This document shows positions 1 to 13,391 of a stretch of 64,000 nt of DNA, in pieces; the first letter of the stretch is position 1, and each line of letters begins with the position of its first letter. This DNA comes from the human T2T-CHM13v2.0 reference genome, Homo sapiens: NCBI RefSeq assembly GCF_009914755.1, contig NC_060929.1, one strand, 5' to 3'. The translations under genes were made by a program, and so were the position numbers. Below the pieces are notes generated by a model that saw only the letters and a program-made list of their open reading frames with translations, was not told the origin of the DNA and did no database searches.

Positions 1-244
1 TGTCTGCAGACAGCAGAGCTAAAAGAGCACTGTAATATGACTGCTGGGGCTTCGGGAGCCACAAGAACCCACCCGTAGACACTACCATGGGGCCAGAGCC
101 CCAAAAGTGCTCACTTTGGCTCCTGAACTTGCCCATCTGCATGCTTCCCCTCCCCTAAGGGGTTTGAGCACACAGAAGCCAAACAAACAAGCCACAGCCC
201 TCTTGCACGTCCTGCAGGGGGCATCAGGGAACTCTCCCATTTCA
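1..244 (+). mobile_element. 3' part of an ERV1 LTR (LTR1/LTR27/LTR28 group), cut by the window edge
   Basis: Ends in GGGAACTCTCCCATTTCA. Its 3' end is homologous to the minus-strand LTR at 5951-6738. Confidence 0.75.
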
Positions 245-429
245 CCAGTACCTTGACTGTCATCTGTAAAGACTTGATCACATAAGTCCCAGAGAAGGTA
301 CCACTGAAAGCAACGATGTGCTAGTGGGGATGCTGGTGCCTCCCCCTAAGTGACCTCAGGACACACTCCAAACTCTTTTGTCTTCTTTTTGTGATGTTAT
401 CATTGGTAAGTCACTTAGTGTCAGACATA

Positions 430-1050
430 TTAGAATATATTTTAAATAAGTAAATCACTATAGATTCAGGAAAATTCATTTTATATCTCGCTCACATCCT
501 TTTACTCCCTTCTCTGATGGTAACACATACTGTGTAATTTTATAGATGTGTGTCTGATAAAATATAGTGAATTTTTATAATTTTATATAAGCAGTCTATT
601 ATGTATATGTTTTTGTATCAAGATTTTATTTCAACATCTTTCTTAGATTTATCAAGATACATATATAAATATAAAACTATTTATAGAGATACATCACACA
701 TTATGCATCCATTAAACTCTCAAATTTTAAATTTAAAAAATTATTATTAGAAATCAGACTGAAATTAACATACTTGTGCTTATATCCTTGTGAATATGTT
801 ACCCATTTAATCTTTGGTATCTCCAAAAGAGTAGAAATTGTGAGATCATAGAAAAATCTACTATTTTGTTTTGTTTTTCGGGTAATGCTAAATAATTATC
901 CAGTGATTATACTTACCTATCTGACCAAACACAGCATATTATGATTCTTATTAATCTACATTCTGGCCAGATATGTTTGTTTCACATCATTATCAAATTG
1001 TTGAATCTGCCTTCCCCAATTACTAGGTGAACTGATAATTCATATGTCAT
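430..1050 (-). mobile_element. Highly degraded old L1 (L1ME-like) 3' fragment
   Basis: AT-rich sequence resembling the antisense of an old L1 3' end; boundaries approximate. Confidence 0.45.
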
Positions 1051-4025
1051 TAATGCTTTTGTACTCTACCTTCATAGTTGTTCCATGTTTCCAAGCATTC
1101 AGGCAGAGAGGAGGAAACTCCCCTGCCCTTAGGGAGATAATGCTTCCATCCCCACACACAGCAGCTGCCCAGACTCTCATGGGTTGTCTGCCTCTCACCT
1201 CTGTGTATCTTTAATAGGAAGTGGCCACATACCAGGATAAACCATTGAATTATTATTAGCAAAGTGCTGTGTTCAAAGAGGAGTCTATATTCACTATAGT
1301 AATCGTTGAGAAATGGAGCTGATGCCCCTGGGTCGTGAGCAAAGAGAAATCCATGCCATCTTTTCTCTTTACCTCAAGCAACCATAACAACTAGCTTCCT
1401 GACAGATCAGACAGTGAGGCTATTCTCTGTATTATACATTGAAAAGATAACTCAGGGGCTGAAGCCAATTCGAAGCCAGTTTGTAAAGCCATTCTCTTTC
1501 AGAACGGCTGCTCAAACCCGTTCTAAGGAGAGGGGTGCCTTGCACCAGTCAGTATGGCAGCACAATGGCAGCTTTGCAGCAGGGTGAGGGTTAAAGAAAC
1601 CAACATACTTTGGGCTGCAACACTGCAAAAAGCAGCCATGAAAGGTTGGGGAACCTTTCAGACCCCCTGTTCTTCTACCATTACCTTCCCAGAAGGCAAG
1701 ATAAGAGGAGGAACTTGCAGGAGTGGAGAAGAAGCTTTCTTCTGCCCCATTTATTGTTTACCTGACCATTTGTTGCAGGCTCTTGCTAGTGTTAAAACAC
1801 CAATTGTTCCTGACATTTCTCCGTTTCCAGCTATTGTGTGTTGTCTAATACATCTCATCCCCATCTTGGACAAAGAGACCATTGATGTAACAACACAGAC
1901 TTTCCAAGGTGCCATCATGAGCCATGGATTCTCTCTCAAATATCTGTTTCCCTGCAAAAGGATGATCATTATAGTTTATCACCCATAAAGCTACCTCCAG
2001 AGCTCTAAAACATAGCGCTCTGCGGAGCAGCCCTGCTTGTCTTTGGGGCTTCGGAAGCAGTGAAACCTTTCCTTCTCTGTACTCTCGCAGCACAGTCATT
2101 GTAGGGCAGGGCTGATCGCTGCATGTTTTCAGTTCCTTCTTGAGTATATAATCGACTGTTAAGAATGTGAAGTACTGGCAACATCACCCAGAGTGTCAGC
2201 CTTCATCCAATCTGGGAAAAAATAAGCAGTTCCCCTGCTTCTAGTGGGTTTCATCAAGAGGTCAATGGGTCTGTCTTGTGGCAATGCCTCTCAAAACCTT
2301 CCCCTTGAACTATTCCTCCAAGCAGAGGAAAGGGAAGTGGGACCACTGAGATACAGGGGTGGCTGGCAATGAAGCTTCAGAAAAAGTGAAATTCATATGT
2401 GAACATTTATATCTCATCTGTAAATGTTATCTGGATTTTGTACTGTGTGCCATTATACATTCACCTTTTTAGAAAAATAATATTTTATGTAACCTTTCTT
2501 CAAGTAAAATGAGTTATCCCTGAAAGTTCACCATCTCTATCTTGTGGCTTCCTGTTCTTCCTGTGTGTGTCTTACTTTGAAAATTAAGAACTTAGGGTTC
2601 TTAGCCTCTCTTACTTAAAAATACTCCTTGAGTGGCAGATAATGGATTGGTTTATCAGTCAATTACAGGTTGGTATGAATAATCTTGATAGTTCCTTTCT
2701 AATAAAGTGTTAGTGTAGGAAAAAGGGTGGTGAAATTACGAGGATTCTGTTGAAGTGGGAGTGGAGAATGGATATCACTGAGCGAGGACACAGTGGCAAA
2801 GGGCTGAGCAGGAAAACCACTGAATGATTGGGAAGCAAGATGTATTCAGTGTAGTTTAAGGAATCAGTACTGCAGATGAAAAGCTGGCCTTTCTGTTAAT
2901 AGGTACCAATTTAATAACTGCTATAGAATCAGTTATTTAATTTTACCCGTTGTATTTCCAATCATAATTTGCAATAAAATAGGACATATACCCAACCTAA
3001 AATGAAATGGGAGCTAAAAGGAAACAGATATCGACCTTTCTCTTTTATTTCTGTTTCATAGCTGAAAATCCAATGTAAGAGCGAACCCTGAAGTCGCAGC
3101 ATTCAGGTCTCTGGCGCATGACTTAATGTTCATTAACAATTGCACTGAATCTTGTTCAAATGATTCTCTCCTGCTGAATTGTTCTCATTCCTTAATTAGC
3201 TTTGTTGTTATTGCTTATATGCTTGAATCAAATTACAATACGTGTCACCTATGAAAGTCTCTCAGATAATAGATCTGGTAGCCATTGTGTATTTTGTGAT
3301 CTTCACAATACAACAGAAGTTGGGCATCAATTTGTGCTACAAAATCTGGCACACGGAAGCCCACATTCAAGTATATTGTGCACTGAAGAAGAATGTTTAG
3401 AAGGAGCACCTGGGACCCATCTATACCAGCTCTTCTCAGTTCGTCTGTGCTTTTGCTATGTATGCATTTACTTAATGCAACTTCAGAAAGTTGACCATTA
3501 CAGAGCAGTGCACCTCTCCTTAGCCCAGTCAGCATGTCCTTTCCCCTTCTATTCTACTTTGTTATAGCAAAATAGCTTGCCAATTACAAGTGCACAGTTA
3601 AGCAGAAGCCTAGCCACTCATATAGCTACAATTGTCCCCAGATTGTGTATTTTTACAACGTGCAAGTTCTGATAGTAATCTTCAGAAGTACTCAGAACAC
3701 AGAAAGAATATAACTTTAAACATTAAATACTATTAAAGGCTTAGTTAGAACCTATCTTAGTGAAAATTATTCAGAACTTAGAATGTAAAATATTTCAGAA
3801 TTGTTTGTCAAAGGCAAAATTATGGAGTGAAATATATGATATGAATGGCTATTTGTTGAAGAAGTGACTGGTAAAACCAGAGCAAATGAAGATGTCAGTT
3901 TACATATGGATATAACATGTTCCATGTGGTGGTTTTCATTCTAGGATTTCAAATACAATTTTTTATAAGGAGCTCGTAGTTTTCAATGATGGTTGAGTGG
4001 GTCAGGAGAAGGCAAAGTGATGTAG

Positions 4026-4190
4026 TTCAGTAGATCTCAGCATCAACTGCAGGCTGGAATCATGTAGAGAATTTTAAATACCACTGTTGGGAGTTGCACC
4101 CCACAGGTCTGGTAAGTGGGAGACTAAATATTGTGTTTTTAAAAAACCTCCCAGGAACTTTTAATGTGCAGAAAACTTTGAGACTCACCA
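4026..4190. mobile_element. MER5-type hAT-Charlie MITE
   Basis: CAGTAGATCTCA...TTTGAGACTCACC termini; internal AAAAACCTCCCAGG...TAATGTGCAG typical of MER5. Confidence 0.6.
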
Positions 4191-4341
4191 TATACAGTCC
4201 AATTCACACATATTGAGCAGTCATATTCCCTGGTCTATTTTTCTTGTTCCAAAGCCAAGGCTCAAATGTAACTGCCATTTATGACTTTCATTTTGCCAGA
4301 GGTCTTCCATGCCCTCATTCACTATTCTCAACTGACTGAGA

Positions 4342-4520
4342 GTAGTTTCCCAGAACTAAGCTTCTCATGCTTTCCTGGGATTAGGAGTCACCACTGGATG
4401 TTATTAAAGTGCAGGTTCCATTTCTGGAGGTCTGGGGTGGGGCCCACACCACAGCACCACTAACAAGCCCTCAGGGGATGCTGGGCTCATGGTCCAGGAA
4501 CCACATTTTGAGTGGCCAAA
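4342..4520. mobile_element. MER5-type hAT-Charlie MITE
   Basis: GGTCTGGGGTGGGGCCC...TAACAAGCCCTCAGGGGATGCTG...CCACATTTTGAGT. Confidence 0.6.
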
Positions 4521-4823
4521 ACCTAGAATGTATTTAACGATCCCTCTTTCTAAACACCATTAAAATGTTTTTTGAATACATTTCTATTAAATTGTGAGGG
4601 GGGAACCTTGAATAAACTGTCCATTTATAACCACCAAATTAATTACTATTATGTGGATGTCTGGGTTTCATACTGTTTATATGCAGTGTAAGTATAACAA
4701 CCATTTCAATGAAATCCTGTCATTTGTGAATCAAATTAACAGGGCAGCTTTCTTGTCTCAGAATTCTGATATGACCCACTCATCAGATCAACATGATGCC
4801 ACTCTGCACTGCGTGATACCTGA

Positions 4824-5195
4824 TGTCTTCCCCTTCAAGCTGCTGTCATGAAATACCATAGAATGGGTGACTTATCAACAATAGAAATTTATATCTTGCA
4901 GATCTGGAGACTGGGGAAGTCCAAGATCAAGGCTCCAGCAGATTCAGTATCTGGTAAGAGACCATTTCCTCATAGATAACCATCTTCTCAGTGTATCATC
5001 ACATATTCGAAGGGGCATAGAAGCTCTGTGGGGTCTCTCTTATGAGGGCTCTAGTCCCATCAGCAAAGGCTCCCCTTTTATGACTTAATCTTCTCCCAAA
5101 GACCACCTCCAAATACCATCGCACTGAGCATATGGTTTCAACATAAGAGTTTTGGCTTCAACTTATGAGGGATACAAACTACCAGTCCTATAGCA
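4824..5195 (-). mobile_element. MaLR solo LTR (MLT1A-like)
   Basis: TG...CA termini; core GGAAGTCCAAGATCAAGG...GCAGATTCAGTATCTGGT; flanks CCTGA/CCTGT (4/5 TSD). Confidence 0.8.
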
Positions 5196-5950
5196 CCTGT
5201 TATGATTATGAATCTCAGCCCACAGATACACGTGTATAAGAAATACACCTTTGTTTGCTGTCACTCCACATAATGCAGTCTCAATTACCAATTCACCAGC
5301 CAGGTAGGAGACTTTGTGCTAGCTCCTTGGGATGTGACCCCTGCTCCCAAGGCTTATGCCATAACTCTGGGCCTTTCTCATGCCAAGGCACCTGGTGGTG
5401 AGAGAAGAGACCCACAGTTACACAAAACAGCATCAGTTTCCCAAACAGCATCCCGTAGCTCTAGGAGCTACAGCTGTGGGGCAGATGGCTGACTACACAC
5501 CCTATATGCTTTGCTTGATTGACTGATTTACAATACTCACTGTGGAGAATATCTACATTCTTAATTATTCTCATTTGTTACAGTTAATTCCAAATAAAAT
5601 AAACAATAGTACCATGGTGGCCATTCTTTCATACACATCTCAGAGCACTGGGCCAATTTCTGCCTTAGCAGGTGTAATGGCTGGGTCAGAGGATGTGCAC
5701 ACAGAATGGCGTTTGCTAGGAGATGTAACGAGACCGCCAAAAAGTCTCCATCATTTCAGACACTCCTCAGCGGTTTCAGGGGGCCAGTTCCAACAGCCTC
5801 ACCTTAGAAGCTAGTAAGCCAACACGGGTTAGCTTTCTGTTTGTTTTCTAACCTAATAATAAATAATGTGAAAGAACAAAGGTTTAGTTCATTTTATTAT
5901 TTAAATTTGTTGTTGGGTAATTTCATAATAACATAATAACATACTGTTAT

Positions 5951-6738
5951 TGATACGGGAGAGTTCCCTTATCCCGCTTGCAGGACGTGCCAGGGGTGTG
6001 GCTCACTTGCTCAGTGCCCCACTGCTCAAACCCCTGGGGAGAGCATGCAGGCAGGCAGGAGCAGAGGGTGTGGGGAATGCTTTTGGGCTTCCACCTCGCG
6101 GAAGCGTCTGGCAGTGAGAGTTTACGACTCCTGAAGCCCCCGTGGGTGTGTGTTACAGCGTGTTCTTTCAGCTTTGCAGTCTGCAAACGGCTTGCGTTAA
6201 TCAGCTCAATTAGGCCCTCTGCCTTATTGCAAGGGCAGAGGGCTTTCTGTATCCCGAGTTTTTGCCCAGTGTACCAGAAAAATCAGATCACACGTGGGCT
6301 TGGAGGGTGAGGCTCTCAGCAAGGGGAATGGAGTGGGAAGATGGTCTCCCCTGGAGTTGGGCGGCCCGGAAGCAGGACTCTTCTCCGACTGCCCCAGCTG
6401 AACTCCCCTCCGCGTCCACGTTCTTCTGCCGTCTGGTCTTCCGGGTGTCTGCTGGTGTCTGCCAGGGTCTGCTGGTGTCCCCACTGGTGTCCGCTGGTGT
6501 CTGCCGCTGTGTTCCTCTGCTCTTCTTGATGTCGAGCCGCCTGTATTTGTGCCTACCAGGTCTCAGGTTACTCTGGGAACAGGATGGGGGGCGTGGCGGG
6601 CCAAAAGGCAACTTTTTGGGCATGAAAACAGAAATGCCTGTCCTCACATAGGCCTGTGGGCACAGGACCCAGGGTGGAGTACTCACCGGGGACCCCGCCC
6701 TTCACTACCCAGCACTTCCCCGGCCCCCTCCCGTATTT
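5951..6738 (-). mobile_element. ERV1 solo LTR, LTR1 family, near full length
   Basis: Left end reads AGGGAACTCTCCCGTATCA on the minus strand. The right end matches an LTR1-type 5' end. 4-bp TSD TTAT at 5947-5950 and 6739-6742. Confidence 0.85.
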
Positions 6739-7118
6739 TTATGAGCTGAATTGCATCTTCTCCTCAAATTCCTATATGGAACTCCTAACCTCCAGTACCT
6801 CAGACCTTGTTTGAGATAGAGACTTTAAAGAGGTGATTAAGTTAAACTCGATAGTGTCAGTAAGGAGGGCCCTAATCCAATATGACTGCAAGAGGAAATT
6901 TGAACACAGACACACACACATAGGAAAGCTTTTGTAAAGACACAGGGAGAAAAATAGCCACCTATAAGCCGAGGAGAGAGGCTCCAGAAGAAGCGAATTC
7001 TGCCCACGCCTTGATCTCAGGCTTGCAGCTTTCAGAACTGTGAGACGACAGACACATTTCTGTGGTTTAGGTTCCCGGTCCGCTTTACATTGCTAATGCG
7101 GCATAGCAAACTGATACA
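6739..7118 (+). mobile_element. MaLR LTR (MLT1B-like); its first bases lie at 5945-5950
   Basis: TTATGAGCTGAATTG...GGCCCTAATCCAATATGACTG...GCCTTGATCTCAG...GCAAACTGATACA. Confidence 0.8.
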
Positions 7119-9430
7119 TATGCATTCGTAGTTTTTCTACTAGCACTTCATCATTTGTTATTTGAAAAGTTGTCATGAAAATGCAAATATTGGTGTCTAT
7201 TATCTATTCACTTCATCATGCTTTATCAATGTTTGAATTTAAAAATTTGGAAATGAAAATTAACTAATTGTTTTCTTTAAGGTTTTAACCTTTAGTGTTA
7301 TACTTAGAAAATCCTTATCATGTTATCCTCTATGAACTTCTATTTTTCCTCCTAGAACTTTTATGATTTACTACTTTATATTTAAATCCGTAATTACCAT
7401 GTTTAAATCTTTAATCAGTCTCTAATTCTTGTTTTTTCCCCCATATCAACAGCAGATGTTACCATTTAAAAAAATCCTCTGGTAATCTTATTATTTAAGT
7501 TTGCCCAACCCACAATTGTTTATTTAGTAATTTTGAATCAGAGACAGAACAGCAAAATAAGGCAACATCGCTTCCTCAAAGGAAAGATACTTTATCAGGG
7601 GACATGGCTATCTACACAGGCAACTGGAATACAAATCAGATTGAGATATGTGCTATGTAGAGATGGGAGCATCTCTTGTGGGCACAGAAGGAGGGTGACA
7701 GGAGCAGAAATCTCCACAGCAGTAGAGTTTGAGATCAGCCTCAAAAAAAGAGAAAAGAAAGAAAGGGGGAGGGGAGGGGAGGGGAGAAGAAGCCAGGCAA
7801 ACATAATGAAAGGAGTTCTATGCTAAGGAAACTTAAGGAAACTTATTTCATGGAGGCTTCAGGCTTTAAGAAGCACGGCCTCAGATAATGCAAAAAGGGT
7901 TCTTCCATCTTGGACCTTGGACGTCGTGTTTCTGGATTATTGGGGATGTGTGGGTTGAAGAAAGAGGAGGAAGCAAAGATGTAATCAAGTTATGGAGAAC
8001 CATTAATGATGTACTTCGCCATTTGAATTTATCCTATAGCTAAAGGAAAACCATTGAATGACTATGAAGCAAACACAATTCAACTGTCTTTTTCTAAGGA
8101 ATTAGTACTAGAAATGAAAAATGCCCTTAATGTTAAATGATGGCAATTTTAGTAGCTTCTTTAACTAAAGTTATTTTAATTTTACAATTCACATTTCTAA
8201 TTACAATTGGCAATTAAAAGTGGGGCATATTCCCAAACCTAAAAGGAGATGTGATCTAATAGGAAACAGATATGAATGAGTGATGTGAATACAAGGTCTC
8301 TCTACCTTTCATGAAGTTGCCACAAACAACCTGACCTAGAAGTTCAGCTCATGGAGAAGGGGACATGGAGCTTGTTAAAGGCTGTAGATATGTTTAATGG
8401 TCACATATGAATGATAGAAAAAGCATCAATCTGTAGATTAGACACTGTAAAGCTGTAGAGGACAGAAGTTCTTTGCACGTTGAGAAAGCACCAATTTTTA
8501 ACACAGTTGTGGTTTCGGGAATGTGTGGGAGAACAGTGGGGTTAGGGGCTCAGGTTGCAAATGGCCTCAACAGTCCAACTACAGAGACCATATTATTCAG
8601 TAGACACATGATGATCCAAGCATCCTCCTCTCCTTTCTTCAGAGGCCAACACTTGCCAGGTCATGAATAAAAAGGGGCCAGAGTGTATTGAACAGCCCTC
8701 CAGCATGTGCCCAGTCTTGGCACTTGCTCTTCAGGTCCACATGCCCCTCCCAGCCAACATCTGATCCTCTCCTCCTGCCTACCCATTCCTGCCCTTCCAG
8801 CTCCTCCCTGGCCCCTCAGTGCCTTTTCCACTTTGCCCTCCCTCATCCTCTCTCTATCCTTCCACTTAACTAACAGCCCCCTGCCCCTCCCTAAGCCATT
8901 GCCCTTTCCCTGGTGATGAAGCCACACAGAATGCTTCCAAGGTGGGGAGATCTGGCCTGCCTTGATTGTGCTTCCTTAACTCCCTGTAGCACCACCAACC
9001 CAAGGCCCTACAGGTGCATCAGGGCACACCCACTTCCTAGTGTTTTCTCCTGTTCACATCCCCATGACTCGGGGAGCAAAGGCAATTCCTCAACTTCTGC
9101 TGGGTCAGGCTCTACCCATCTTTCCAGAAATGTCTCTCAAAACACATCAGCATGGGCTTGCTCTATAACCCATATCTTCTCCCAGAAGCAAGCGTACCAG
9201 TCAGACCCCAGATGTACTCTGGCGTTGCAGGTGCTAGAATGTTCCATAAAGGGTTTTGACATTCCAGTTCCAGCTGCAGAGCCTAGGGCTGACAGAGATG
9301 CTAGGGACAATCCCTATCCAGCCCTGTCAGAGATCAGGGCCCCTTATCTCTGCCCCTAGTCAAATGTGAGTTACAGCATGCATGCTGTTGTGTACTTCCA
9401 AATGCTTCAATGGAGACTGACAAATTAGAC

Positions 9431-9452
9431 ACACATACACACATACACACAC
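9431..9452. repeat. Short interrupted (CA)n
   Basis: ACACATACACACATACACACAC read directly. Confidence 0.7.
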
Positions 9453-11499
9453 AAACACCTGTCAAAAACAATTCTCAAAGGTGGTAGAAATTGTTTTCTA
9501 CCATAATTTTCATGGTTGTATCTGACAGTTGATTTTTTTCAAGTAAATGAGTAATTAGTGTTATTTTCTTCATCCCATGCTATGAAATCCTACCCTTCTG
9601 TCTGGCCAGAAATGAGATGCAGAACCACTGGGGTTCATTGACTTGCAATGGGTCCCTTTCTCACTTGCAGGAAACCTGGTTGGGGCTTCAACAGGAACAC
9701 CTGCAAGGACCAGCTGACTTCCTGCCCAGACACCCTTGCATTCTCAGCCTCTGCCTGGGAGGAGGAAGAGGCACTTCCACATTTCTTGTGACAGGTAGTT
9801 TGGAGCCAATGAAAGCTTCCAGCCATGGAAGTGCCATGATCAAATTGGTATCAAACAAAGGAACTTCCCAGTTGCAGGGTGTAGTAGAGGCTTCAGGGAA
9901 GGGGGTTTGGAATGAAATAATTTGGGAGACTGTAACCATGGAGCTGAACTGGGATAAGTACTAGGTGGCCTATCTGAAATTCAGAAGACTCACTGGAGCT
10001 ACAGATGTTAGTATTGGGTGATGTGTTATGAAGACCCCCCACCTCCAGCTCACTGTCAAATGCAGACACCCACTCACCTATGTGTGGAGGTTTGTCCTGC
10101 ACAGACACTGCTGTTGACCCAGCCCACCTGCAGCCTCCTGGACACCTGAGGGCCACTGGCATAGTCAAGGCAAAAGCCTTGGGCCGCACTCCCATCTGCT
10201 GTAGCTGCCACAGGTTCCCCATCTCAGTGGCAGTTGGTTTCCAGGTGCTCATCCCTTCCTGGCATTGCTAGAGGCTTAGAGGCGGCTGTTTCATGGAGCC
10301 TGGTATGTCTCTTGTGAGAAAACATGCGACATTTCTTGCTTGTCTGAACCAACACACCACACTCCCTTGTTAGAGACAATGACATGGCTAGAGAATAATT
10401 GAGGTTAGCAAGACTCACTTCTTCTGTCATGCCTGGACAGCGGTTCTGCTCTTCCTTTTACTTTTTTTCCTGTAGACTTAAACTAGAAGTCACAGCAGTA
10501 GCTAATCATGTTGAAAAAAAATCCTCAATATTTGGATTTTGCTTTTGAATGTATTAAATGTGGTCAGTGGGACCCACACTTTCTTGATGACCTTCCATGA
10601 GAAGGAATTCTCTGATCTTGTTGAATAGTTTAAGCCTTATATTTGCAAGAGGCTAAATAATATTCTAGGAAAATAAAATGTTGTTTGAAAAGCAATCATT
10701 TATTATAAGTTTGTCAGCTGAGGAAGATAACTAGCATTTTGTTGTGGCCAGGAATGTATATGAGCCAGGAGGACTAATATGATACTACCCTGGAAGTCAG
10801 AGCTTGAAGTTTAGTTACTGTGGAGATCACCCATCTCTCACCTGGAATGCATTTCTGACAATTAACATTAATGGTTGCCATTGTAGTTTTGGTCCCTGGG
10901 TAGATATCACAGAGAATCTGTGTTCAGGAATTTACACAGAAAATACATCTTGGGGTCAAGTATTTCCATGCCTGAGCCCCACACCCAGAGATTTTTGGTT
11001 TACCTGGTCTGTGACTAGTACTGGATATTAGAAGGTTAAAAAGGTTTAACTAGGATTATGAGTCCCTGATTTCATGCCAGGTGGGTATTGAGTGTCAGGC
11101 AATTGTTCCAAAGATTCTTTTTGTCTTCTGAGACTTGATTCCAAAACTAATTAAAAATAGTAACAATAGTATGGCAATTCTGTTCACACATACTCTTCAA
11201 GTTTCCAATTCGCTTTGGAGAAATGAGCTTTCTAGGTTCAATGAGATGTCTACTAAGTTCACGTACCTTTCCTCTCTCCAAGGATGTCCTTACTTTACCC
11301 ATATAAGAAGCAGAATTCCTAGGGAATCAAAAGGACCCCAAAGAGTTAATAATTTCCCCAAGGCCCTGAGGCCATCTGAGGGCTGACCCAAAAGCCTCAG
11401 GTCTCTCCACCACCACACAGTTTTTCGACTTGTCAACTGAAAAGATTACACTGGGTCGCTGTGCCTTTGCCTCCCAACTTGCATTCTCTACCAACAGTT

Positions 11500-11770
11500 T
11501 CCCCACATCATGATCATTGGAGACATTTACAGATGTGTGTTTGTCCTCCTTCCCAGGGCATGGCAGGGCTATATTTCCTTGCCCCTTTAGAAGTTGGCTG
11601 ACTGGTGCATATCTGATTTCGCCATTGCCATGTGAGTGGAAGGAAACGCAGAACTGCCGGGCAGACACCCTAAATGCCAGCATGTCACTTCCCACGTCCT
11701 CCCTAACCTGTTGCAGCAAGTGTGGTAACTTCTACCAGGATGTAGCTTTTGCTTTCATTAGCCCAGATGG
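11500..11770 (+). mobile_element. Old MaLR LTR (MLT1J-like), 5' part; continues at about 17483-17621
   Basis: TTCCTTGCCCCTTTAGAAGTTGG...GCCATGTGAGTGGAAG; the 3' part has AAACCACTGAAATTTTAGAATTGTTTGTT...TGACCGATGCA. Confidence 0.55.
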
Positions 11771-12010
11771 TGAAAATAAGTAATTCAGAATCTAAGTTAT
11801 TGGAACTCTACAGTTTTTTTGAACCTTAAAGCAATGTAAATTACTTTAAGGCCCAAGTCATGTGACAGGCAGTTGTAAGCTGTTGTTTATCTGAATTAAG
11901 TCTTTTACCTGCATTATTTTGTAAAATGATGTAAATGGTGAAGGATGCCAGGGAAGATCCTTCCTTCTTCCTGTTGACTTTCCTTATAGATTAACTTCCC
12001 TCTTATCATT
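11771..12010 (+). mobile_element. ERV1 (MER4-group) LTR, 5' part
   Basis: Starts TGAAAATAAGTAATTCAGAATCTAAG; interrupted at CCTCTTATCATT by the L1 tail. Confidence 0.6.
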
Positions 12011-13354
12011 CATTTTTTACTTTTTTAATTTTTGTGAGTACATAGTAGGTGTGTATATTTATGGGGTACATGAAATGTTTTGATATAGTCATGCAATGCA
12101 TAATAATCACATCATAGAGAATGGGATATCCATCCTCTCAAGCATTTATTCTTTGTGTTACAAACAATCCAATTATACTATTTTAGTTATTTTAAAATGT
12201 ACAATTAAGTTATTATTGATTATAGTCACCCTGCTGTGCCAACAAATAGGTTTTATTCATTATTTCTATTATTTTTGTACCCATTAATCATCCCCACCTC
12301 TCCTCCACCCCTCACTACCCTTTCCAGCCTCTGGTGACCATTCGTCTACCCTGTATCTCCATGAGTTCAACTGTTTTAATTTTTAGATTCCACAAATAAG
12401 GGAGAACATGCAGTGGTTGTCTTTCTGTGTCTGGCTAATTTCACTTAACATAATGATCTCCAGTTCCATCTATGTTGTTGCAAATGACAGCCTCTCATTC
12501 TTTCTTATAGTTGAATAGTACTCCATTGTGTATATGTACCACATTTTCTTTATCCATTCATCTGTTGATGGACACATAGGTTGCTTCAAATCTTGGTTAT
12601 TATGAACAGTGCTGCGGTAAACATGAAAATACAGAAATCTCTTTGATATACTGATTTCCTTTCCTTTGAGTATATACCGAGCAGTGGGATTACTGGATCA
12701 TATAGTAGCTGGATTTTTTTGTTGAGGAACCTCCAAACTTTTCCCCATAATAACTGTATTAACTTAAATTCCCAATTTCCACATCCCTAGTGGCATTTAT
12801 TATTGCCTGGCTTTTGGCTATAAGCCATTTTGCCATTTTAACTTGCGTGAGATGATATCTCATTGTAGTTTTGATCTGCATTTCCTTGATGATCAATGAT
12901 CTTAAGCATCTTTTCCTATGTTTGCCACTTGTATGTCTTATGCCTTATTTTCAGAAATGTCTATTCAGACCTCTTGTCTATTTTTGATCGGATTATTGGA
13001 TTTTTTCCTGTAGAGTTGTTTGAGCTCCTTATATATCTGGTTATTGCCCTTGTCAGATGGTTAAGTTGCAAATATATTCTCCCATTCTGTGGGTTGTCTC
13101 TTCACTTTGTTGATAGTTTCCTTTGCTGTACAGAAGTTTTTTAACTTAATGTGATATCATTTGTCTATTTTTGATTTGGTGCTGTGCTTTTAGGGTATTA
13201 CTTAGGAAATTTTTGCCCAGGCCAATGTCCTGAAGATTTTCCCCAAAGTTTTCTTAGTCTGCAGAAAGTTTGATAGTCTGCAGACTTTAATTTAAGTCTT
13301 TAATCAATTTTTATTTGATTTTTGAATATGACAAGAGATAAGGGCCTCATTTTC

Positions 13355-13391
13355 TGTGTGTGTGTGTGTGTGTGTGCGTGTGTGTGTGTGT
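13355..13391. repeat. (TG)n microsatellite inside L1
   Basis: Read directly, one CG interruption. Confidence 0.95.

Noticed and set aside
1554-2187. 144-aa ORF and antisense ORFs in unique DNA
   Set aside because: No recognisable domain, splice structure or promoter; length compatible with chance.
5947-6749. Overlapping ORFs with repeated PADT-like peptides
   Set aside because: They derive from the GC-rich LTR and its 10-mer repeats.
8473-10430. Many ORFs in a moderately GC-rich block
   Set aside because: Low-complexity Pro/Ser/Leu/Cys peptides in several frames on both strands; no family similarity.
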